A DNA stretch of 32,000 nt from the NCBI RefSeq assembly GCF_000039765.1, contig NC_004459.3, positions 2,181,127-2,213,126 of the forward strand. Direction: 5' to 3'. Positions 25,417-32,000 of the stretch are shown here, piece by piece. The stretch comes from Vibrio vulnificus CMCP6 (lineage in GTDB: Bacteria; Pseudomonadota; Gammaproteobacteria; Enterobacterales; Vibrionaceae). The translations under genes were made by a program, and so were the position numbers. The notes under the pieces were generated by a model. The model did not search any database and was not told the origin of the DNA. It saw only the letters and a list, made by a program, of their open reading frames with translations. The first letter of the stretch is position 1. Each line of letters opens with the position of its first letter.

Positions 25417-25571
25417 GGCGTGTTACGCTTTGTTACAACTGGCCCCATTGCCAAGGTAGGTGGTTGCTGATTTACTAAATGTCCCTAAGCAATAGAGGTA
25501 TATTTTTTAATGGACGACCCCCTTAGTCGACAAAACACTTCCCTTACTTCCACTGATGTGGAGCTCTCCTT

Positions 25572-26342
25572 ATGTTAGAACTGTTCATGCAACCCGAAAC
25601 GTGGGTTATTTTTGCCACATTGTTTGCCTTGGAGATTGTACTTGGCGTAGATAACGTCGTATTTATCTCTGTTTTGTGTGAACGATTACCAGTAGAACAA
25701 CGAAAATTCGCCCGCAATATGGGTATTAGCCTTGCGGTTTCTGCGCGTATCGTGTTGGTCTTTTCCATCTCGTGGGTGATGTCTCTAACGCAACCGATCT
25801 TGTCATTTCAAGATGTTGAATTCACTGGCCGTGATGTGATCATGATTGCTGGTGGCGCATTCTTACTGGCTAAAAGTGCCAAAGAGTTGTGGTCTTGGTT
25901 AACGCAGCATGAGCATGCACATTCCACCCACGTCAGAACGGGTTTGGCTGTGGTATTGCTACAGATTGTCGCGGTGGATGCCGTTTTCTCTATGGACTCA
26001 GTTATCACGGCGGTTGGCCTGACCAATGAAGTGCCTATCATGGTAGCCGCCATTTTAGCCTCGGCAGTGGTGATGGTGCTAACGGCTGAAAAGATCAACC
26101 ATGTGGTGACTAAGTACCCAGGTTTTAAAACCTTGGCGTTACTTTTCCTGATCCTATTGGGAGGGTTACTCATGGCCGAAGGTTTCGCAGTTCACGTGAA
26201 TAAAGGCTATGTCTACTTCGCGATGGCTTTTGGTTTGATATTAGAGCTTTGCCATATTCAGTTGAAGAAAAAGCAAAAGGTGAATATTCGTCGTATTCGT
26301 CCGTTAAACGTGTCTATTCAAGGCGATCTTATCCGAGGGTAA
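25572..26342 (+). CDS. TerC-family integral membrane protein
   Basis: 256 aa and multi-pass. The TerC signature is FALEIVLGVDNVVFISVL, with a second repeat LLQIVAVDAVFSMDSVITAVG. Confidence 0.8.
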   Translation: MLELFMQPETWVIFATLFALEIVLGVDNVVFISVLCERLPVEQRKFARNMGISLAVSARIVLVFSISWVMSLTQPILSFQDVEFTGRDVIMIAGGAFLLAKSAKELWSWLTQHEHAHSTHVRTGLAVVLLQIVAVDAVFSMDSVITAVGLTNEVPIMVAAILASAVVMVLTAEKINHVVTKYPGFKTLALLFLILLGGLLMAEGFAVHVNKGYVYFAMAFGLILELCHIQLKKKQKVNIRRIRPLNVSIQGDLIRG

Positions 26343-26366
26343 AACGCTAAAACTAGGCTATGAAGT

Positions 26367-26386
26367 AAGGCTCCGAAAGGGGCCTT
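26367..26386 (+). terminator. stem-loop after the TerC gene (weak T tail)
   Basis: aaggctcc, loop gaaa, ggggcctt, followed only by attacg. Confidence 0.4.
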
Positions 26387-26441
26387 ATTACGCTGAGGAA
26401 GCCCTAAAAAAATCGATAAAACGGCTTAAGCCAATGCCACT

Positions 26442-27457
26442 CCGTCATTCTCACGCACGCTTTAGGATGGGTCCCCGCCTGCGCGAGGATGACAAGAAAA
26501 AGACGAAAGAGACAAGCAGACAAGAGACGGTTCGGGAGAGAGTTGAGTGCTTTGTTGTCTCCAGAAAGCCTGCCACATGACAGACACGAATAGCGCTAAA
26601 ATTGGTTACCATTACAGAGTCACACTCACCATCACCGTCATTCTCGCGAACGCGGGAACCCATTCATCCGCGTCCGCCGAGTGCTTCGTTAGCAAAAGTC
26701 CTTACAGCGGCAAGCATCTACAAACGAAGAGACAGCGTCCCCCAATGCCGTCATTCTCGCGAACGCGGGAACCCATTCATCCGCGTCCGCCGAGTGCTTC
26801 GTTAGCAAAAGTCCTCACAACGACAAACATCTACAAACGAAGAGACAACGTCACCCATCACCGTCATTCTCGCGAACGCGGGAACCCATTCATCCGCGTA
26901 CGCCGAGAGTTTTGTTAGCAAAAGTCCTCACAACGACAAACATCCCAAATGCCGAGAGAGCAAGGTGAACTCAGTCGTACCATCAACCCACAACGCACGC
27001 TTTAGGATGGGTCCCCGCCTGCGCGAGGATGACAAGAAAAAGACGAAAGAGACAAGAGACGGTTCGGGAGAGAGTTGAGAGCTTTGTTGTCTCCAGAAAG
27101 TTTGTCACACGACAGACACGAACAGCGCTCAAATTGGTTACCATTACAGAGCCATACTCACCATCGCCGTCATTCTCGCGAACGCGGGAACCCATTCATC
27201 CGCGTACGCCGAGTGCTTCGTTAGCAGAAGTCCTTACAACGACAAACATCTACAAACGAAGAGACAACACCCTCATCACCGTCATTCTCGCGAACGCGGG
27301 AACCCATTCGTCCGCGTCCGCCGAGAGTTTCGTTAGCAAAAGTCCTCACAGCGGCCAGCATCCCAAATGCCGAGAGAGCAAGGTGAATTCAGTCGTACCA
27401 TCAACCTACAGCGCACGCTTTAGCATGGGTCCCCGCCTGCGCGAGGATGACAAGAAA
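26442..27457. repeat. nested REP/BIME-like mosaic repeat array
   Basis: Higher-order units start with cgcacgctttagGatggg at 26454, 26994 and 27412 (the third is partial), giving periods of 540 and 418 bp. Inside are five sub-repeats of 112-113 bp beginning gtcattctcgcgaacgcgggaaccc, at 26637, 26750, 26863, 27169 and 27281. The unit heads (gggtccccgcctgcgcgaggatgac) are the inverted relative of the sub-repeat heads. Confidence 0.85.
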
Positions 27458-27505
27458 TAGCTGAAAGAGATAGGCAGACAAAAGCCTTTAGAACACGGGA
27501 AATCT

Positions 27506-29296
27506 CTAATCCGCTGACCACACATTACGAATATCTGGCCAGCCCCAGTTGGTGAGCGCAACGTCATGAAGCACCCCGTGAAAGCGCAAAGTCTGACGAT
27601 GATGAAACAGAGGAGTAAGCCAACACTCACTAATGAGCAGTGATGCAATCGGCTCTAACTGTTGCAGATACTCGTGCAGGGGTACCTGCTCTCTCAGCAG
27701 AGTTAACTGATTGAGCAACCAAGCTTTGTCGCTTTCAGTCATGCAAGCATGAAGAATCGGATTACTAAACAGCATGGCAAAGGCCGAGGGATGTCGATTG
27801 TCATCCAGATTAAGGCTGGTGAGCACTAAATCTTCATCCCATTGCTGATCTAAACTGCGCTGATGTAATTCTTGATAGGTATAGCAACGAATCACCACTT
27901 CAATGCCAATCTTGGCTAGCAGCCTAGCAATGGCATTCGCACAAATATTCAACGCAGTGTAATTGTAAACCGCGAGGGTGATTCGTCGAGGCAGCGAAAC
28001 GACGTTCGCTGGCGTTTTGAGTACAGCACGCCAATGTGGCAGCAAATTGGCGGCGTGGACAACGCCAAACATATTGCCGTGACGACGGATCTCCTCCTCA
28101 ATGGCGGATGGGCTGAGCATCTGCATCAAGTAGTGGCGCTGAGCATAATCAAGAGGCAGGGGAGCGCGCTGATTAAAAAGCAGCATCAAACATCCATCTT
28201 CTACTCGGCTATGTTGTTGCTCGGAATCATTAGGTTGTCGTTGTTTGGCATTCTTTGTGACGTTGAAACTGCAAGGCGTTGGTGGCGATTCTGGATGGTT
28301 GGTTTCAATCAACGTCGCGCTTAAGCGCTCTTCATCTACCCGCCAGATGGTTACTTTTTCTGTCAATGCTCGGCACGCATAAAACTGATTAAACGCTTTT
28401 AAGCAGAGCTTATTCTCATTGTGTTCCGTCACTTCAAAGGCGCCACTGCCCACAACGGGTATGCGACGCTCGCGAAGGCCAGCAACGTTGTTGAGCTGGC
28501 TAACTGGCTGTATCGCGTATTTCACGCCTGTAATCAGCCCTGCAAAACCAAGATCGGGTCGATCGAGGGAGAACACCACCTTAAAAGGCGTTGGCGCTTT
28601 GATGTCGACAACGTGAGCCAGCTCTTGTTGATGACTTGGCAAGCGGGACAGTTTGGCAAATAGACTCACAATGCTCGCTGCATCAATGGCGGCGCCGTTG
28701 TGAAACGTCAACCCCGGCCGCAGATGGAAAGTCCATTGCAACAACTGAGTATCATAGTGCCAATGGTGTGCCAGCTCTGGTTGAATCTGGCCATGGGTAT
28801 CAACGGACACCAAACAACAATAGATCTGGCGAATTAAGAAACGTTCGCTACTGCGTTGTGGAAGATGGGGCAATAATGGCTCAAACATGCGCTTGTAAGT
28901 CAGCTGAATATGCAGCCGGCCTTCTTGCAGTGTCGCGCCCGATGTACGTTTCAATAACTTGGCGAAGGCAATGTCATCGTTATCAAGAATAGCGAGGGCT
29001 TTTTCGTATTTGCCGATGCGAACCCGTTTGGCCGCCAGCTCTTCTTTCAACGCAATGAGCTCAAAATTCAATACCAGTGATGAACGATGATGGCGTCCTG
29101 GCTTGGGCGTCCAGCTCAGCCAGCCCACTTGATGCAGCTTCACCAAAAGATTACGCGCATGACGAGTGCTGGTAAAAAGACGATCAGCCAGCTCAGATAG
29201 GGTGGTTTTTATTTCATCTCCCACACCTAATGGGGTCAGTCGCGCGTAATAGCGCAGTAAGTTCAGATCGGACACACATACCTCGGTGAGCATCAT
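27506..29296 (-). CDS. SgrR-family transcriptional regulator (HTH plus family-5 solute-binding domain)
   Basis: 596 aa. The N-terminus has a winged HTH (TTLSELADRLFTSTRHARNLLVKLHQVGWLSWTPKPGR). A long SBP_bac_5-like domain follows (ELAHHWHYD...WTFHLRPGLTFHNG), parallel to E. coli SgrR. Confidence 0.8.
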   Translation of the reverse strand: MMLTEVCVSDLNLLRYYARLTPLGVGDEIKTTLSELADRLFTSTRHARNLLVKLHQVGWLSWTPKPGRHHRSSLVLNFELIALKEELAAKRVRIGKYEKALAILDNDDIAFAKLLKRTSGATLQEGRLHIQLTYKRMFEPLLPHLPQRSSERFLIRQIYCCLVSVDTHGQIQPELAHHWHYDTQLLQWTFHLRPGLTFHNGAAIDAASIVSLFAKLSRLPSHQQELAHVVDIKAPTPFKVVFSLDRPDLGFAGLITGVKYAIQPVSQLNNVAGLRERRIPVVGSGAFEVTEHNENKLCLKAFNQFYACRALTEKVTIWRVDEERLSATLIETNHPESPPTPCSFNVTKNAKQRQPNDSEQQHSRVEDGCLMLLFNQRAPLPLDYAQRHYLMQMLSPSAIEEEIRRHGNMFGVVHAANLLPHWRAVLKTPANVVSLPRRITLAVYNYTALNICANAIARLLAKIGIEVVIRCYTYQELHQRSLDQQWDEDLVLTSLNLDDNRHPSAFAMLFSNPILHACMTESDKAWLLNQLTLLREQVPLHEYLQQLEPIASLLISECWLTPLFHHRQTLRFHGVLHDVALTNWGWPDIRNVWSAD

Positions 29297-29754
29297 GGAG
29301 AGTGACCATTGTAATGAAAATTGGTGTGGCTAATGGTGAAAACCTTCCGCTTGGTTTGTTCCTCTTTTGCGGGTTTTGAGACAGTTGAGTGCGTAGTGGG
29401 GCAAGAAAAAACGATAAAGCGGAGCGAACGGCAACGCATTGCTCAGTTTTTCTCATCATCTTTGCAAGGCAGAATGAAAGGGTAGAGACAACGCAGGAGG
29501 GCGATGTATGTACCTAACTCAGAAAACGGAAAAGCACCCCATGGCGGAGTATTACCAGCACAGGTTACAACAGAGTCATAGTCGTATTGAGCGTTTGGCT
29601 CTGCTGGCCTTAATGGAGTTGATGTTTGCCCGCTCAGAGCCAGCGCAATCAAGTAAGAATAAACACTAACTCCGCAAGAATAAACGCAGCACTCTTCACT
29701 GCTCCTGATGGTTCAAATAGCTTTCCCCCAAAGTCTATGGTTGAGTGCTGCTTT

Positions 29755-29792
29755 TGCCCAATAAACAACTCCCCCAACCGAGGTTGAGGGAG
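29755..29792 (-). terminator. terminator of the AhpD-like gene
   Basis: The hairpin ctcccccaacc/ggttgagggag (29769-29792) has one mismatch. On the minus strand it is followed by TTGTTTATT. Confidence 0.55.
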
Positions 29793-29812
29793 CGTGTCTG
29801 AGGCTTACCAGA

Positions 29813-30346
29813 TTAAACGTCCAACGAGACCACCGGGAAATCGATGTCTGTCTCCGCAATGTGGTTTGCGTAGTTGGTAAAGGTGTTAAGTGCGACTTGC
29901 GCTAATACTTCAAACAACAATTCGTTATCGAGCCCCTTCGCTTGTAAATCGGCTAACAGCTCGTTTGAGATCACGCCGCGTTGTGTCACCACCAGTGCTG
30001 CAAATTCAACAATCGCTTGATCAACGCTGTTATCGGCTTCGACTTTACGTGCTGCCACGATTTCTTCTTTGGTTAAACCCGTGCTTGATGCAATCAGCGT
30101 GTGAGCGGATAGGCAGTATTGACAAGCATTGGCTTGACCTACCGCTAAAGCCACCAATTCACGTTGGCGAGCGGTCAGTTTGCCTTTGCCCAGCGAATCA
30201 CCAAACGCCAGAATTGAGTTCAATACCGTTGGCGAGTGAGCGATGGTGGCGTAGAGGTTTGGCACCATACCGAGTTTCTTTTCGATCGCTGATAGTGTGA
30301 TTTCCGCTGCGCCTTGTGGGTTAACCAGTTTTTGGATACGAGACAT
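29813..30346 (-). CDS. carboxymuconolactone decarboxylase / AhpD-like alkylhydroperoxidase family protein
   Basis: The CxxC-H core is ANACQYCLSAH. The preferred start is the ATG at 30346 (MSRIQKLV), with an aaggaaaa RBS. Confidence 0.75.
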   Translation of the reverse strand: MSRIQKLVNPQGAAEITLSAIEKKLGMVPNLYATIAHSPTVLNSILAFGDSLGKGKLTARQRELVALAVGQANACQYCLSAHTLIASSTGLTKEEIVAARKVEADNSVDQAIVEFAALVVTQRGVISNELLADLQAKGLDNELLFEVLAQVALNTFTNYANHIAETDIDFPVVSLDV

Positions 30347-30450
30347 AATGTTTTCCTTTTTGTGTGTGCTGATTTGTTGAAGAGATATTGACACAAGAAG
30401 TAAGACGATTTATCACTAAAAGTCTTATTGGATATACCAAGGGTCTTTTT

Positions 30451-31290
30451 ATGGATGCACTATCGGCACTCGTTCAACACGCCGCCCCCAAAGCGAACTT
30501 GTTTTTTAGTGGCAATCTTTGTGGCAGCTCGGAGAGCACAAGCCACGGGCAAGGTGGCCAATTGCACTTACTGAAAAGTGGAGAGCTGAATGTGTATGAG
30601 TCGCACGGGCGCAAACATGTGTTAACTGAACCGACACTCATTTTCTACCCAAAGGGGCGCAAGCATTCTATTCAGTCACGCACGTTACAAGGCTGCGATC
30701 TGGTGTGTGCAACGGTAAGCTTTCAAGATTCCCCTTTATTGAGAGCAATGCCCGAAGTGGTGGTGATTCCGTTAAGTCAATTGACGCATCTTGATTCCGT
30801 GCTGAGCTTGCTGTTTGATGAGGCGTTTTCACAGCGCTACGGTTACGTCGCCAGCATCGCGCATTTGTTGGATCTGCTGTTGATTTTGCTGATCCGCCAT
30901 TTGGTGGCAGAAAACATTTGTCAGGCAGGAGTATTGGCGGCGTTGGCTCATCCGAGATTGGCATCGTCACTTGAGGTGATGCATAACCAAATGGATCATC
31001 CTTGGACAATAGAGAGCCTTGCGCGAGAGGCAGGCATGTCGCGTGCCCGTTTTGCGGCCGTTTTCCAGCAGACGTTAGGACAGCCCCCGCTGACTTACCT
31101 GACAGAAGTTCGTTTACTTAAAGCGCAACAGTTATTGCTTTCAGGACAAGCGATAAAGTCGGTCGCGCTGGAGGTGGGCTACAGTGGCAGTGTTGCTTTT
31201 ACTCGCGCATTTAGCCGATGTTTTGATACCACACCGGCTCAATGGTTAGCGCTTCAGCAAGCACAAGCTCACACGAGTCCTGCTGAATAA
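30451..31290 (+). CDS. AraC-family transcriptional regulator (cupin-like N-terminus)
   Basis: The C-terminal double HTH is WTIESLAREAGMSRARFAAVFQQTLGQPPLTYL...SVALEVGYSGSVAFTRAFSRCFDTTPAQW. The preferred start is the ATG at 30451. It is divergent from the AhpD-like gene. Confidence 0.85.
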   Translation: MDALSALVQHAAPKANLFFSGNLCGSSESTSHGQGGQLHLLKSGELNVYESHGRKHVLTEPTLIFYPKGRKHSIQSRTLQGCDLVCATVSFQDSPLLRAMPEVVVIPLSQLTHLDSVLSLLFDEAFSQRYGYVASIAHLLDLLLILLIRHLVAENICQAGVLAALAHPRLASSLEVMHNQMDHPWTIESLAREAGMSRARFAAVFQQTLGQPPLTYLTEVRLLKAQQLLLSGQAIKSVALEVGYSGSVAFTRAFSRCFDTTPAQWLALQQAQAHTSPAE

Positions 31291-31328
31291 GCGGCATTCG
31301 GGAAGTAGAGAAGAGACGAAAAGGCCCC

Positions 31329-32000
31329 TCATGCCACTTCGGGAATCGCTTTTGGCGGCTCTTCCAAATCGGGCTCTTTTTGCACAGTAGGGACTTGACC
31401 TTCACCCACGGCGCTGAGGTAACAGCCACTGAGTTTGATGGCGAGATACATATCCGCGCGCAGCAAAATGCCACCTTCACTGGTGCTGATGCCCGTCAAT
31501 TCACACCACTGACGAAGGCGTCGTTTACGGCCGGCTAGAATCAAGCGAATTCCTCGTTTTTTCAGCGTTTCATGCACATCCGCGAGCGTTGCCATTACAC
31601 TCAAATCTAGGTGAGTGAAGCTAGAAACCGCATCCACCACCACGCAACCCACGTCTTTGGTGTGTTCCGCGTGTTCCAGTAAACGGCGCTTAAAATACGG
31701 TGCGTTGAAGTAGGTGAGTGGCGAGTTAAAACGGTAGATCACCATACCTGGGATCGGAGTCGCTTTGCCTGTGCCGTCGACGGTGCGAATGGTGCCTTCT
31801 TCATCCAACCCAAGCAATTGATCGCTTGGGCGCATAACGATGCGCAAGAACTGGAACAGACCCAACAACACCGCCAAGGTGATGCCCGGTATTACGCCAA
31901 TCACCAGCACAGAAACAAAAGTGATGGAGGCGAGATAGAAGGCGTCTTTGTCACGTTTTCGTAAGATCCAAATGCCTTTAAGATCAAGCAGCGACAGCGA
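31329..32000 (-). CDS. SulP-family anion permease, C-terminal part with STAS domain (5' end outside window)
   Basis: The minus-strand frame stays open to nt 32000 (reading ...DKDAFYLASITFVSVLVIGVIPGI). The STAS-like segment is VVVDAVSSFTHLDLSVMATLADVHETLKKRGIRLILAG. Confidence 0.8.
   Translation of the reverse strand, partial: SLSLLDLKGIWILRKRDKDAFYLASITFVSVLVIGVIPGITLAVLLGLFQFLRIVMRPSDQLLGLDEEGTIRTVDGTGKATPIPGMVIYRFNSPLTYFNAPYFKRRLLEHAEHTKDVGCVVVDAVSSFTHLDLSVMATLADVHETLKKRGIRLILAGRKRRLRQWCELTGISTSEGGILLRADMYLAIKLSGCYLSAVGEGQVPTVQKEPDLEEPPKAIPEVA

Noticed and set aside
25417-25571. yybP-ykoY (Mn2+) riboswitch upstream of the TerC-family gene
   Set aside because: TerC-family genes are often controlled this way, but I could not find the conserved GGGGAGUAG-type core or the four-way-junction arrangement. 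Only a small hairpin (tccac/gtgga) lies near the RBS.
26442-27457. Possible CRISPR array
   Set aside because: The units are 112-113 bp and near-identical throughout, with no short-repeat/unique-spacer alternation. No cas genes are in the window.
26547-27460. ORF-track proteins of 123, 67 and 143 aa (plus minus-strand 70-aa ORFs at 26451-26663 and 26983-27195) with repeated SFSRTREPIHPRPPSASLAKVLT peptides
   Set aside because: They only translate the tandem DNA repeats. ORFs appear on both strands and in several frames, with no RBS context. The sequence behaves as a REP-like non-coding array.
29297-29812. SgrS-like sRNA divergent from the SgrR-family regulator
   Set aside because: The 516-bp gap is suggestive by analogy with E. 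coli sgrR-sgrS. I found no compact terminator with a U-tract on the plus strand, only a 9-bp long-range pairing (29686-29694 with 29743-29751), and no similarity to the SgrS sequence I recall. The ORFs at 29214-29652 look spurious.

Overview
The window looks like a Vibrio-type gammaproteobacterial chromosome; this is judged from gene content (alaE, ldhA, an MCP, a hybrid sensor kinase) and no search was run. Ordinary genes fill the two ends: a sensor kinase, alaE and tRNA-Ser(GGA) on the left, and an MCP, ldhA, TerC, SgrR-like, AhpD-like/AraC and SulP genes from about 22 kb onward. The accessory block lies between about 2.9 and 17.5 kb. (1) An AT-rich segment of about 8.8 kb sits directly after tRNA-Ser. 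It is bounded by an imperfect direct repeat of the tRNA 3' end plus its terminator, at 2897-2953 and 11745-11796, and has no integrase ORF. It carries a possibly truncated P-loop gene, a divergently transcribed WYL-domain regulator, and a tightly coupled four-gene operon (5202-11688). That operon encodes a 1220-aa SMC/MukB-like coiled-coil ABC ATPase, two uncharacterised proteins (212 and 427 aa) and a short 297-aa JetD-like Toprim protein. This is the best candidate for an undescribed system: it resembles Wadjet/MksBEFG in parts list but not in gene order or protein sizes. (2) Just outside the repeat lies a two-gene operon. It encodes a small class I SAM methyltransferase and a 968-aa PLD-nuclease/SF2-helicase fusion that ends in a LexA/UmuD (S24)-like domain. 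(3) An intact hipBA toxin-antitoxin pair follows. Also notable are a run of small accessory enzymes (18-22 kb) and a 1-kb nested REP/BIME-like repeat array (26442-27457). All family assignments rest on motif recognition by eye and need HMM or structure confirmation.
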